Of a DNA stretch of 64,000 nt, positions 36,593 through 47,102 are shown piece by piece; position 1 is the stretch's first letter; each line of letters starts with the position of its first letter. The stretch covers positions 1,221-65,220 of IMG/VR virus record IMGVR_UViG_3300037067_015653; one strand, written 5' to 3'. The position numbers and the translations under genes were made by a program. Origin of the DNA: a virus. Below the pieces are notes generated by a model. The model saw nothing but the letters and a program-made list of their open reading frames with translations, ran no database searches and was not told the DNA's origin.

Positions 36593-37711
36593 TTAAAATC
36601 CTTTTCTAATTAATTGTAATGCTTGTTCGGTTAATCCATAACATTCTTTTCTTACTAACTCTAAAGTAGTCTTAAATCCATTGTCATAACTTAATGAAAC
36701 TGAATTTATTAACATAAGTTCATTTACATCTATTTTTTTATCAACAACTAAAACTAATTTATTTGGTTTCCATACTTTCCCAGAATTAACTTCAGTCCAT
36801 CCTTCCAATTCATAAGTAATAGTTAATCCTTTAGCTCTTCTAATATTAGCCTCATAAAAACTTCTTCTAACACAATCTTCAATAGTTTGTGCGGTATCTG
36901 AAAGTAGAATTAAAGGACGGTATCTTTCTTTTAATTCAGCATCTTCTACTATTCTTTTATTTGAATAACATCCTTCTTTTTCTTTAGAAATCCAAAGTTG
37001 ATCAGCATCTACATTATATAATTGATCAGGTTTCATTTCTGCTTTTGTGATATAATTTGAAAATCTGTCTTTTAAACTACTGTTCATTCTGCAAGAAATA
37101 ATATTTGTCTCTGTTATTATGTCCGAGGCAACTTCATATAAATTAGGTTGAGTTAAAATAATATTTCCTAATCCGTCAGTAGTCACCAAAACACCCAATT
37201 TAACACACTCTTCAACTATTAATTCGGCTACACTTCTACCTTGATCAATTGTATATTCCGGAACAATTGTATTTAATAATGAAGTGACAACTGGGTCTAT
37301 TATTACATTTATTTTGAATGGTAAACAAAGTGTATTTATTATATTGATTATTTTTTGATTTTTAAATTCACTTATTTTTTCAGAAAAAAAGCAACAATCA
37401 ACTAAATCACTTGTTTTATCTCTCAAATAGAAATCAATATTTGAACCATTTGAATCATAATTAATTTCCACTTCATCAACATAACCGGTACTGATTATTT
37501 CCTTATTTATTAAGGCTGTGTATGGTTTTCCTTTTTTTAAATTCCAATCATCAGAAGCTTTAAATAATTGTAATAAATTTTCAAAAAAATTTAATGTTCC
37601 CAAATTGATCTCATTACAAACATTTTCTATGCTCAATTTGATCTCAATTTTTTCCCAACAATCTTCATATTTGAATCCGTTTGAAATTAATGTGAAAACG
37701 TTATTACTCAT
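36593..37711 (-). CDS. Baseplate hub (Mu gp44/P-like)
   Basis: TGYVD, RDKTSDLVDC, DRFSNY, RYRPLI, WKPN. Confidence 0.85.
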   Translation of the reverse strand: MSNNVFTLISNGFKYEDCWEKIEIKLSIENVCNEINLGTLNFFENLLQLFKASDDWNLKKGKPYTALINKEIISTGYVDEVEINYDSNGSNIDFYLRDKTSDLVDCCFFSEKISEFKNQKIINIINTLCLPFKINVIIDPVVTSLLNTIVPEYTIDQGRSVAELIVEECVKLGVLVTTDGLGNIILTQPNLYEVASDIITETNIISCRMNSSLKDRFSNYITKAEMKPDQLYNVDADQLWISKEKEGCYSNKRIVEDAELKERYRPLILLSDTAQTIEDCVRRSFYEANIRRAKGLTITYELEGWTEVNSGKVWKPNKLVLVVDKKIDVNELMLINSVSLSYDNGFKTTLELVRKECYGLTEQALQLIRKGF

Positions 37712-39164
37712 TTAAAATCCTTATCAAATCATTATTTGGTAAGAATCCGGGATGTTTTATTTTCGCTCTATTTTTACTGTATATTTCTTTGTTTCTATCA
37801 AGATCATTATATTGATCATACGCTAATTCTAATGTCGTTTGATTTTCAATATTGATTGTATAATTGATTGTTTTTGTTAATTCACTTGATTTAGCAATCA
37901 TATTATCATTGAATGTTTTTTTGATATCTTGAATTGATAAAAAAATATCTTTGTTATCAATTTGATCTTGACCTGTTCCAATATTGAGCACATAACCACC
38001 CTTAGCCGCCTCATTTCCCATATCAATTAGAACAGAATCAATCATTTCATTAATTTGATTTAGATAATCATATGCATCATCTTGACTTGAAAAATCAATT
38101 CTAATAGCAATTCGACAAATTGTTGCAATAATTTGAAATTTAAAAGTATCTAAAATTAAACAAACATTTTTTTGCTGATTATTAGGGATCCCGCTTAATC
38201 CACTCATATCAAAATCAGTAATTAAATTTATCATGTTTGTGACTACGGATTTTCCTAAACCTTCATTAATATTATTTGGGTCTAATTCAACTACATTCCC
38301 TCTAATAACGCCACTATATGACCCTGATTCTCCCCCGGTTATATTTGTAGAGATTGTGATTTTATTTGCAAAAATATCTTCTGCCTTGTTATTAATTGCT
38401 ACACCATTTGAAGTGGCATAACCCTTAAGTGTTTTTTCTAATAAAAGTACACTTCCCATACCACAAATAGCAGCCATACTATATGAAACATTTTTTAGGG
38501 CATTGTATAAATCATTAGGTGAATTGATTACATCAGTAATTGAATTTCTGATTAAAGAGATATTACCAATACTTTCACTTATTATTTTTGTGGCTATTCC
38601 GTTTGTTAATGCAATTGCACTTTGGACCGTTCCAATTGATCGGCCAACAATATTAGAAATAGTATCTTGAAAAAGAGCAGTAGTAGAGTAAGCTTTGTTG
38701 AAGGCATCACCAATAAGGTCCATTGCAGCATTTACAGCATTGTCAATTGCACTAAAAAAATCGGTTAAGGATTTTGGTAAAGCTCTTTCCCCACTTTCTA
38801 CCATATTAATAGAAAAACGAGCAATTCCACCCTCGTCAAATGTCTCTGTCATTGTAAATTCTGAAGCATTTACTTTTTTAATTCCTAAAAATGGATGAAT
38901 TAAAGTACCACTATTTTTTTGTTTTAAAACACGAATTAAATTATCTCTATCAGTAAAATAATCAAATTCATTTTCTATATTTTGAATAATGTAAGCTTGC
39001 ATTACAAAATTTTCTTCTTTCGCTCCTAAATCCTGTGTATAAGGTTTATCTCGATTAGCAAATTGATGAGTTTGTGTACGTCTTCCAGATGTATAATCAT
39101 GCGATGAAATTTTAAATTTTATTCCTTTAAATGAAGCTTCAATTAAACGGTCTTTCCAACTCAT
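37704..39164 (-). CDS. Mu N-like DNA circularisation/tail protein
   Basis: SWKDRLIEASFKGIKF...GRR...RDKPYTQDLG...GTLIHPFLG; IKHPGF. Confidence 0.88.
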   Translation of the reverse strand: MSWKDRLIEASFKGIKFKISSHDYTSGRRTQTHQFANRDKPYTQDLGAKEENFVMQAYIIQNIENEFDYFTDRDNLIRVLKQKNSGTLIHPFLGIKKVNASEFTMTETFDEGGIARFSINMVESGERALPKSLTDFFSAIDNAVNAAMDLIGDAFNKAYSTTALFQDTISNIVGRSIGTVQSAIALTNGIATKIISESIGNISLIRNSITDVINSPNDLYNALKNVSYSMAAICGMGSVLLLEKTLKGYATSNGVAINNKAEDIFANKITISTNITGGESGSYSGVIRGNVVELDPNNINEGLGKSVVTNMINLITDFDMSGLSGIPNNQQKNVCLILDTFKFQIIATICRIAIRIDFSSQDDAYDYLNQINEMIDSVLIDMGNEAAKGGYVLNIGTGQDQIDNKDIFLSIQDIKKTFNDNMIAKSSELTKTINYTINIENQTTLELAYDQYNDLDRNKEIYSKNRAKIKHPGFLPNNDLIRILNE

Positions 39165-40864
39165 TATAAATAACTCCTTCCTGTATTATCCATGTTATTT
39201 GTTATCTTACTTTTTGTATTTTTATTTGATTTTACCTGTTCAATAGTTGCCCGGCTTCCTTCTTCTGAAGCTACTTTAACATTTACGTAAACAATGCTTT
39301 TTTCATCTTTACCTTTTTTAAAATTTTGAAAATATTTATCCATATTTAATAATGATGGTTTCTCTTTATTTTTATCTATTTCTTTTTGTGCTTCAATTTG
39401 TTTATTTTTATTTTCTGGTTTTTTTGGTTTTGTTTCAAATAACCATTTTAATACTGGATTTTTCATAGCCCATCCCATAAAAGAATCCCAGATTTTTTTT
39501 ATGAAATCGATAGCAGAAACAAATGCATTTACTATGCCACTCCATAAATTTATAAAAAAATTAGATATTCCCTCCCAATTTTTTATTATTGTGATAGGTA
39601 ATCCGAGAAAAGGCATAAGAATTGAACCAATTAATTGAACCACTTTGTTATCAAAAATATTCCAAATTGCATTCCATAAATTAATAAAAAAATTTTTTAT
39701 TTTGTCCCAATTTCGAATAATCATAATTGGTAAAAATAAAAAAGGAGCAAATAATTTTATTAGAATAAAAATAATTCTGGGCATTCGTTGAATATAATCT
39801 ACTAATTGCATCCATTTTTCTTTGAACCAAGTTGAAATTTTACCCCAATTTTTAATTATAATTATAATCGCAATAATAGCAGCTACTATACCCAGGATAA
39901 TTAATCCTTGTGGAGTTAAAATAAATCGCAATACTTGAAAGGCCCTTCCTACCATGCTTATAATAGAAATAACTTTTCCAATTATAAAAACAAGTGGCCC
40001 AACCGCAGCAGTTAAGGCCAAAACAATTAAAATTATTTTTTTTGTTCGATCATTTAAATTTCCAAACCATTGTATAACTTGATTAACCTTTGTAATCACC
40101 TTAATGAAAATTGGAAGAAGTATTTTTCCAAAATTAGCAGCTAATTCTTTCAAAGATTCTGCAAAGATTCTGCTTTGATTAGCAGCACCGGCCCCAGTTC
40201 GAATAAAATCCCCATGTGAATTAGCAGACATTTGCATGACATATCGATATCGTAATTGAACCTTTTCAGCTTGTGAATATTTTTTTAAGTTTGCCGATAA
40301 TCCTTGTGATAAAGCAAATTGTTCCAAATTAGCTTCGGTCATAACTATACCTAAAAGCTTTAAAGATTCTGTTTCACCTGTGTAAATAGATGTTAATGCA
40401 GTTTGAGCCTGATCAAATCCTATATTTTTGAAACTGGCCATATCCCCGGCTAAACCAACTAAAGAAGTTGACATTTTTTCGGCTTCGCTTGTAGATAATC
40501 CCATTGATGTAGACATATCCCCAAAATTAGCAGCCATGTCCAAAGCTGTTCCTTGGGCGATTCCAAAATTTTTTAATGTGGTTTTACTCCAGTTTTTCAC
40601 ATTATCAGCAGAAGCACCAAAAGCAACTTCTACTTTATTGATGGATTCTTCCATATCTGAAGCCGTTTTCACCATAGCAGCACCCATAGCCAGAATAGGA
40701 ACTGTTGTAAAAGTGGTCATTTTAGAGCCTGCATCTTGCATATTCTTTCCAATGACTTTTGCTTTAGCAGAAAAAACATCTAGTTTTTTCTGCATTGCTG
40801 CCATTGGAACGGATAATTTATCAATTGCTCTAAAAATAACGCCTAAATCAAAGGTCGTTCCCAC
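39164..40864 (-). CDS. Tape measure protein
   Basis: Ala/Gly-rich helical, TM segment, Trp-periodic repeats; position. Confidence 0.88.
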   Translation of the reverse strand: MGTTFDLGVIFRAIDKLSVPMAAMQKKLDVFSAKAKVIGKNMQDAGSKMTTFTTVPILAMGAAMVKTASDMEESINKVEVAFGASADNVKNWSKTTLKNFGIAQGTALDMAANFGDMSTSMGLSTSEAEKMSTSLVGLAGDMASFKNIGFDQAQTALTSIYTGETESLKLLGIVMTEANLEQFALSQGLSANLKKYSQAEKVQLRYRYVMQMSANSHGDFIRTGAGAANQSRIFAESLKELAANFGKILLPIFIKVITKVNQVIQWFGNLNDRTKKIILIVLALTAAVGPLVFIIGKVISIISMVGRAFQVLRFILTPQGLIILGIVAAIIAIIIIIKNWGKISTWFKEKWMQLVDYIQRMPRIIFILIKLFAPFLFLPIMIIRNWDKIKNFFINLWNAIWNIFDNKVVQLIGSILMPFLGLPITIIKNWEGISNFFINLWSGIVNAFVSAIDFIKKIWDSFMGWAMKNPVLKWLFETKPKKPENKNKQIEAQKEIDKNKEKPSLLNMDKYFQNFKKGKDEKSIVYVNVKVASEEGSRATIEQVKSNKNTKSKITNNMDNTGRSYL

Positions 40865-41006
40865 TATTACTCCTATTTACTTCATCAGCCCCATCCAACC
40901 AATCTAGAAATTCCTGAATAGTTAATTCTTTAATTTCCGATGGTTGAAAATGGAAGGTTCCTGCTAAGGTCCACATTCCTTTTTTCCAATTGCTTGGAAT
41001 GCTTAA
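40848..41006 (-). CDS. -1 frameshift extension of tail assembly chaperone (gpGT/GpE-like)
   Basis: A10 run at 41007-41016; -1 frame reads LSIPSNWKKGMWTLAGTFHFQPSEIKELTIQEFLDWLDGADEVNRSNSGNDL. Confidence 0.75.
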   Translation of the reverse strand, partial: LSIPSNWKKGMWTLAGTFHFQPSEIKELTIQEFLDWLDGADEVNRSNSGNDL

Positions 41007-41320
41007 TTTTTTTTTTCATCTTTTGGAAAGACTTCATCAAGAGCCATAAGTACATTTTCGATATCTTCAAAATCAATATCTTTTATTTCTTCTATTTGCA
41101 CGTTAAAAATTGCAGCAAGAAAAGGAACTAAATCATTGAAAATGGGGATCATATCAGTTGTTGAAAAAGATAAATTCCCATTTTCTGATTTTTCCATTAA
41201 ACTTTTTGGTAATAATTCAATGTGTTTCATTTTTAATCGTGATGGAGTCAGAAATCTTATTTCTGTTTTTTTTCCACCAACAATTATTTCAATTGGATAT
41301 TTTAATTCGATATTTTTCAT
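41003..41320 (-). CDS. Tail assembly chaperone
   Basis: IELKYPI...EIKDIDFED; between tube and tape measure. Confidence 0.8.
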   Translation of the reverse strand: MKNIELKYPIEIIVGGKKTEIRFLTPSRLKMKHIELLPKSLMEKSENGNLSFSTTDMIPIFNDLVPFLAAIFNVQIEEIKDIDFEDIENVLMALDEVFPKDEKKN

Positions 41321-41336
41321 CTAATTTCCTTTATTT

Positions 41337-41723
41337 TTATTGTGTACTTTCAGTCCAAAAAGGCCCTTGAAATTTAATTGGTGTTTCACCCTCTCCGCCA
41401 GTAATAGAAAAATTTCTTAAACATGTAGCACCCTCCATTGTATAAGATTTTCCACCATTGGCAGCCCGGAAAATAACCGTTCCATTTTCTCTTATTTTTG
41501 CCAGATCAGATAATTTAATATCTTCTCGATCGGTGATTGTTACTTCCAATTGTGCGGGTACTGGTTTTTCTACAAAGCCATGTAAACCTGTATCACCATA
41601 AATACCTTCCAATTCCATTGAAGGCTCATTACTAATACCTATTCCGGAAGCAACTGCCCCGGATTTATTCAACAAAAGTTGATTATTTACTAATACTTCA
41701 ACTCTTCCAGTTATTTTTGCCAT
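41337..41723 (-). CDS. Tail tube protein
   Basis: Position after sheath; GLHGFVEKPVP, NGGKSY. Confidence 0.85.
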   Translation of the reverse strand: MAKITGRVEVLVNNQLLLNKSGAVASGIGISNEPSMELEGIYGDTGLHGFVEKPVPAQLEVTITDREDIKLSDLAKIRENGTVIFRAANGGKSYTMEGATCLRNFSITGGEGETPIKFQGPFWTESTQ

Positions 41724-41735
41724 ATTTTTCTTCCT

Positions 41736-43244
41736 TTATAATATAAACTGAATTACTCCGGCCAATATACGGAATTGATTAACTAAGTCTGGTGGTAAAA
41801 GAACATCAACTCGATTAACATCCGTTGCATTTCTTTCAACAACAAGATTATCAATGAAAGAATCAAGATTTTCAATCAATCCTTTACTTTGCAAGAGAGT
41901 AAATAAGCTGATTGTTTCCGCTTTTACATCTTTTGGTCTGACAATATTCATACCTGGTTGAGCAGGGAAAGAATCATCAGCTAATTTCTGTCTTGTTGCG
42001 ATAAATCTTGTTTGCATTCTTGCTTTATATTGATACCGAATCTCATTCAATGTAAATAATGTTTCTATATCCAAATAACTTGCATCCGGAATACCTAAAA
42101 CATTGGTTTGATAAGTTGTAATTAATCTTTCAATCAAGACGTTACCTGTAGTATCAACTGTAAACGTTGAAATTCCATCATAAAGCAACAAATCTCTTTC
42201 CTCTCGTGTAAATCTATCAGAAGAGGGTGGAGGAAGAATACGACCCAATTTTAGCGTATGGAGAGGTCTTGCCGGATCACTATTAAGACTATAACCTGCT
42301 ACTGCACCCAAAGCAGCGGACCATTCAGCTGGATCAGTAGGAGAATTATAAGCTCCCATATAGGTAGTATGTGGTGAATTTCTTGCATTTCCTTCAGTAG
42401 TGCAACTGGCATACGTTCCCCTTGTGTTTACATATGCATGGCCTTGTTTATCTTCCAATGGTTTGAAACGTCTTTCAAGTTCAGTTTCTAGAGCATCAAG
42501 ATTTGTATCATCAATCCAAGGAATAATTATATGTTGAAATTGTTCAGCATCAATAACGGTCCAGGCATCGGAAATGTCAGGAGAACCAATACCAACACCG
42601 CCAACACCAAAATTTGATAGTAAAATACTATCAGCAAAACAAGTTGGATTGCTTTGACCTTGATAATAATTAAATCGAACATCCAAAAGATTACCAATAA
42701 CACCACTATTTACACATTCTAATGTTAATGCACTAGCTGCATTTGTGCTAGCTACACAAGGAAGATTTGAATTAGCATTTATTAATGTTCTAATTGCAGA
42801 ATTTACTTGGCCTACACTCCAACCACTTGTTAGTGTCAAATCAATATTACTACCGTTAATCATAAGATGAATTATTTCGTTGTTAGTACTTACAACACCA
42901 GTTGCATGACTAAGAGCAACGGAAAAATGAACGACTGCACTTGCCGTAGCTGTTCCTCCACTTAATGCCAATGCATATAATTCTGTAATTTGGTTATTTT
43001 TTTTGAATAGATTACACATACGTGCAAGGTTAGAACCAGCTCCAAAATAACCATCAGCTAGATTATCCCTGGTAATTGCGTATAATGTTTTTAATACAGC
43101 ATTGCCTTCTGTTTTATGTTTTTGACCCATAATTAATACTTTATGAGGATTCGCAGTTAGTCCTTTTAAGGCTCGACTATTATCTACTTCAACATAAGTC
43201 CCCGGTGTTCTGATTGTTTCCGGTATATTATTGAAAGAAATCAT
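41736..43244 (-). CDS. Tail sheath protein (Mu gpL-like)
   Basis: SFNNIP...PGTYVEVDNS, DPARPL, LLYDGISTF, YLDIET, PDLVNQFR. Confidence 0.93.
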   Translation of the reverse strand: MISFNNIPETIRTPGTYVEVDNSRALKGLTANPHKVLIMGQKHKTEGNAVLKTLYAITRDNLADGYFGAGSNLARMCNLFKKNNQITELYALALSGGTATASAVVHFSVALSHATGVVSTNNEIIHLMINGSNIDLTLTSGWSVGQVNSAIRTLINANSNLPCVASTNAASALTLECVNSGVIGNLLDVRFNYYQGQSNPTCFADSILLSNFGVGGVGIGSPDISDAWTVIDAEQFQHIIIPWIDDTNLDALETELERRFKPLEDKQGHAYVNTRGTYASCTTEGNARNSPHTTYMGAYNSPTDPAEWSAALGAVAGYSLNSDPARPLHTLKLGRILPPPSSDRFTREERDLLLYDGISTFTVDTTGNVLIERLITTYQTNVLGIPDASYLDIETLFTLNEIRYQYKARMQTRFIATRQKLADDSFPAQPGMNIVRPKDVKAETISLFTLLQSKGLIENLDSFIDNLVVERNATDVNRVDVLLPPDLVNQFRILAGVIQFIL

Positions 43245-43468
43245 TTTTTACCCCCATTTTTTTTGATGATGTTATCTTCTTCATCAAATTTAACACCTTC
43301 TTTTTTTTCACATATAATGCAACTGCCTTCATCAACTCTACGCCTCCAAAAAGTGCCTTCATTACCTATCCAAGGTTTAAATTCTCCATTTTTATCAAGA
43401 GGCATTTTTGAAGAAGGATCTCTTATAATTGCAGATTCATTTACTGGCTTAAGAAATCTATAACCCAT
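43241..43468 (-). CDS. DUF2635-like small tail protein
   Basis: IRDP...FWRRRVDEG; upstream of sheath. Confidence 0.75.
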   Translation of the reverse strand: MGYRFLKPVNESAIIRDPSSKMPLDKNGEFKPWIGNEGTFWRRRVDEGSCIICEKKEGVKFDEEDNIIKKNGGKK

Positions 43469-43473
43469 TTTAT

Positions 43474-44190
43474 TTACTCCTTTCTATCAACATTAAAACC
43501 AGAATGAAAAGACTTAAAGAACGCCCCAGATCGAGGGTCTTTTGTCAAATCAATCCAATTAGCCATATCAGGCAATTTTACATCTGGAAAACCATCCGGA
43601 TAAGGAAGTTCTCCAGGATTACCAAACTTATCTATATATGGAATTCGGTAATCAGGTGTATTAATCAATTGCATATAGATGGTATTGAAATCCACTGGTA
43701 TTTGAGTATCATCAAAATTAGTTTTTGAAATTTCAGCAACCATCATCCCAGAAGAATTTTTGGTTTGCGAAATTTGACTAATATAATCAAATTCAAATTG
43801 ATACCACATATATGCGTTATTAGTTTCTAATAATCGTCCTCCGCGATAAGAAATCTGGTCCTCCGAATCAAGAGGCATCCAACCAACCAAAGCACTGATA
43901 AACTCATTTCTAATATCATGTAACCTATCCATTGCAGCAAAACCAAGAGTATCACTCTGACTTTCATCCATTGCTAAGGCAATTACTACACCAAAACGCT
44001 CAATTATTTTTTGACTTATACCAGAGTCTAATTTATTTCCTTCAGCATCATCCATTAAGGGAATAACGAAAGCCATACTATTGGTTAATGTATTAGCAAT
44101 AGCTTTATCTAATTCAAGAGCACCTCCGATATAATTACCAAAATAAGTATTTTTCAATCTAAGTCTCAAGACAATTTGTCCTATTCTCAT
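43474..44190 (-). CDS. Tail terminator/neck protein (Mu gp37-like)
   Basis: ERFGVVI, ALVGW, YRGGRLL, WYQFEF. Confidence 0.7.
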   Translation of the reverse strand: MRIGQIVLRLRLKNTYFGNYIGGALELDKAIANTLTNSMAFVIPLMDDAEGNKLDSGISQKIIERFGVVIALAMDESQSDTLGFAAMDRLHDIRNEFISALVGWMPLDSEDQISYRGGRLLETNNAYMWYQFEFDYISQISQTKNSSGMMVAEISKTNFDDTQIPVDFNTIYMQLINTPDYRIPYIDKFGNPGELPYPDGFPDVKLPDMANWIDLTKDPRSGAFFKSFHSGFNVDRKE

Positions 44191-44648
44191 CCTTCTAATC
44201 TCCTGCCTGCAAAACGTTCCGCAATAATTCTATTTTTTACGGATTTTTCCCAGTTACTTCGCTCAATTGCAGGGCCAAAAAAAGGTCTTGCTTTCATTTT
44301 TTTTGTACCTTCCTCTAACCATTTTGCATAAATAACATTATCGATAAATAATCTGCTATAGCCATCAGCATAATCAATATACATACGATTGGCAAGATTG
44401 CCTGTGTTGATTGCCGGGGGAAATCCAGCCGCAGAAGGTTTGTGAAAAATTCCTTTTCCAACCTTATAATATCTTCCTGGACTTCTATGCGTATTTCTCA
44501 TAGATTGCAAAATATCTTTTCTCAATCTAATGGTTATTTTATGAAGTTCATCAGAAACAATCTGCATCCCTTTACTACCAAAAGCTTTTATGAAGGCTTG
44601 TATTTCCTCTGACCCTCTTATGTCTATATCAAATAATAGAGTACTCAT
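44187..44648 (-). CDS. HK97 gp10-like tail completion protein
   Basis: PAINTGNL, YAKWLEEGTKKMKARPFFGPA. Confidence 0.85.
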   Translation of the reverse strand: MSTLLFDIDIRGSEEIQAFIKAFGSKGMQIVSDELHKITIRLRKDILQSMRNTHRSPGRYYKVGKGIFHKPSAAGFPPAINTGNLANRMYIDYADGYSRLFIDNVIYAKWLEEGTKKMKARPFFGPAIERSNWEKSVKNRIIAERFAGRRLEG

Positions 44649-45169
44649 ATCTTTGCTCCTAATCCCATTTCCTGGACTTCATTACATCGTAATAAAGCAA
44701 ATTCTTTTGTATTATCATCTAAAACAACACGATTTATTTTATATAGTCTTCCTCTATAAGCATCATTATTGCCGCTTTGTAAAAATACAAAATAATCAGC
44801 TTTTACCGGAAACATATCAACTAAACTATCAAAACCATTATCAAAACCGTTATCAAATCGTTTTCCCATTCCATTACTTTTATGACTATCAAATCCAGTT
44901 TGAAAACCTTTTGCAAAAGTTCTTTCAAAGTTAGAAACAATTGAATCATATCTAACTTTGAATTCATCCGTATCAATAGGAGAATTATTATTACTCTTTT
45001 CAGCATTTACAGATCTTATTTGCATAATAAAAGAACCAACTTGTTTTTTTCCAGCCCAGAGAGTTAATAATTTTTTATATCCACGTGCAAACCCTCCCGC
45101 GGGGGTAGGTTCATTTGTAGCTTGCATGATGGTTATACGATGTTTTAACTCTTTTGCTATATAACTCAT
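44645..45169 (-). CDS. Head closure/head-tail adaptor with FxxGF insertion
   Basis: ELKHRITI, GRLYKINRV; position. Confidence 0.75.
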   Translation of the reverse strand: MSYIAKELKHRITIMQATNEPTPAGGFARGYKKLLTLWAGKKQVGSFIMQIRSVNAEKSNNNSPIDTDEFKVRYDSIVSNFERTFAKGFQTGFDSHKSNGMGKRFDNGFDNGFDSLVDMFPVKADYFVFLQSGNNDAYRGRLYKINRVVLDDNTKEFALLRCNEVQEMGLGAKI

Positions 45170-45777
45170 ATTCTCAAAATCCTAAAATTAGATAATATTC
45201 TTTTAACTTCCGGCGGGGGTTCATTGTAAGAAATATCATTTTTTGTCATTGATCGACCTTCATAAATCATTGTTACCCATTGCATAATTGCCACTTTAAT
45301 TTTACTTGGCACTTTTGAAACATCCCCATAACCAGCAGTATAAGTAATTCGAAAACCGGAAAAAGATCGATCAAAATTTGATGGTAATTCTATCCCATTT
45401 TTTATGATCAATTTTCCCGGTATACTTTCGGTAATAACATAATAATTATTACTGTCATAAACTGTTTCAACATCACTATCATTTACCGTACTAACAGAAA
45501 TAACAGAAATAAGCGGTGGTTTCTTTAACTCCACTTCATTCGAATTCCAAAAATCCATTGTCATTTGAATTGTTCTTTCAACTAAGGCTCGACCTAAATA
45601 AGTTTCTATATCTTCAATAACACCTTGCAAAAATATTTCGAGTAATGCATCTTGATCATTACCATCAATTCGAGCAAAAGATTTTATTTCATCGATCGTT
45701 ACCGGGTAAGATATAGGATCAATTATTGTTCTATATGAAATATTATTATAAGAATCCGCTTTTTCTGTTATCATCAT
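45166..45777 (-). CDS. Head-tail connector (phiE125 gp8-like)
   Basis: PVTIDEIKSFARID, YLGRALV, ITYTAGYG, VPSKIK. Confidence 0.85.
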   Translation of the reverse strand: MMITEKADSYNNISYRTIIDPISYPVTIDEIKSFARIDGNDQDALLEIFLQGVIEDIETYLGRALVERTIQMTMDFWNSNEVELKKPPLISVISVSTVNDSDVETVYDSNNYYVITESIPGKLIIKNGIELPSNFDRSFSGFRITYTAGYGDVSKVPSKIKVAIMQWVTMIYEGRSMTKNDISYNEPPPEVKRILSNFRILRI

Positions 45778-46004
45778 TAACCTTTTTTATTTACTTTCTT
45801 TGTATCTGCCATTCTATTTGATGGAGCCGAATCAAGACTTTTATCCATTTGTTCTTCCTCATCTGTTATTTCTTTACACCATTTCATTTTTTTGAAACTG
45901 TCATAAAGTCTATCAGGAATATCATATATTTGATCTTTGTGAAATGTTTTCACAAAAACCCCGTCAAGACTACCTTGTTTTGTTTCTAACATCTGTATTT
46001 TCAT
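45777..46004 (-). CDS. Small head-associated hypothetical protein
   Basis: Position after capsid accessory genes; APSNRM tail. Confidence 0.6.
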   Translation of the reverse strand: MKIQMLETKQGSLDGVFVKTFHKDQIYDIPDRLYDSFKKMKWCKEITDEEEQMDKSLDSAPSNRMADTKKVNKKG

Positions 46005-46013
46005 AAAATTTCC

Positions 46014-46517
46014 TTATTCTGAATATTGTCCACCAGCATCTACTACACACCATTCATTATCTGTGTAGCATTTTAATCGGACAAAAGTATTACTACCCGC
46101 AGACGCTTTTAAAATAAATCCTGATATAGCCGAACCACTTCGATTTACCAAAGAACATCCAGAAGTTGAAAATTCTACCTGTCCTGAAGCTGTACTTTTA
46201 TGCCACATTTTGAAGGTTATTTCTCTCCCGGCTGTACAGGAATTAAGCCAAAAGGATCCAGAAGTAATATTACTGGTCATACTAATGATGACCGTTGTTA
46301 CTGTAGATAATAGATTTTTAGTTGCTAATGAAGTGCTTACAGCTCCCCCGGTAACAATAGAATAATTCAATTTGTCAGCAACTAATTGCCTTAATTGTTC
46401 TCCGGTTACATCAACTCCATCAACATTAAAAAAACCATCTGTATCTATAAAAAAACGTTCTGCACCCTGTTCTTTTCCTACTTTGCTGTTTACATACGTT
46501 CCATCTCTTCCCGCCAT
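46014..46517 (-). CDS. Ser/Thr-rich virion protein
   Basis: In head operon; YVNSKVGKEQG N-term; beta-rich. Confidence 0.6.
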   Translation of the reverse strand: MAGRDGTYVNSKVGKEQGAERFFIDTDGFFNVDGVDVTGEQLRQLVADKLNYSIVTGGAVSTSLATKNLLSTVTTVIISMTSNITSGSFWLNSCTAGREITFKMWHKSTASGQVEFSTSGCSLVNRSGSAISGFILKASAGSNTFVRLKCYTDNEWCVVDAGGQYSE

Positions 46518-46538
46518 AAATCACCCCTTAAATAGAAG

Positions 46539-46566
46539 AGTGGGAGAGTGTTATAATTCTCCCACT
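46539..46566 (-). terminator. Hairpin after capsid/decoration genes
   Basis: agtgggaga/tctcccact 9-bp stem, weak U-tract. Confidence 0.5.
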
Positions 46567-46577
46567 AAAAACTTATT

Positions 46578-47084
46578 TTATGCTAAATTAACCGGATCGT
46601 TAACGGGCCAGTTATTAGGTTCCCCTAAAATCCAAGTTCCTTGTATTGGAACTAAAGAAACAGTTCCCGTAATTGAAACAACCAATCTTACCCATCGATA
46701 AGTTGGTGTTTTTTTATATCCAACAATTCCGATTTTTGCATCGGAAGCATTAACCTGTGAAACAGTTACATAATCAAATAATCCAGTACTAGCCGTAGAG
46801 TCATAACCACCTACAACGGAATGAATTAAAAGACTATTTGGAACTAAGGACCAAGTAAGAGCTCCCGCAGCATTTGAATAGGCATGTTGAAGTACAAGAC
46901 GAAAATCTGAAGTTCCTGTGCTTCCTGTAGAGCATACGCCTGCGTGCACGGCTAATGTTACTGCATCAAAACCTTGTAAATCTATGGTTCTTCCGTTTGT
47001 TTCTGCACTTATTCCCAATGCGGAAGGCATTGCAATTGCATCGTAAAAACCAAAATCAGTATAATGTGATCTATTACCACCCAT
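46578..47084 (-). CDS. Capsid decoration/cement protein
   Basis: NGRTIDLQGFD...VGY...YRWVRL; directly after major capsid protein. Confidence 0.7.
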   Translation of the reverse strand: MGGNRSHYTDFGFYDAIAMPSALGISAETNGRTIDLQGFDAVTLAVHAGVCSTGSTGTSDFRLVLQHAYSNAAGALTWSLVPNSLLIHSVVGGYDSTASTGLFDYVTVSQVNASDAKIGIVGYKKTPTYRWVRLVVSITGTVSLVPIQGTWILGEPNNWPVNDPVNLA

Positions 47085-47102
47085 AATTATTTTCTCCTTT
47101 TC

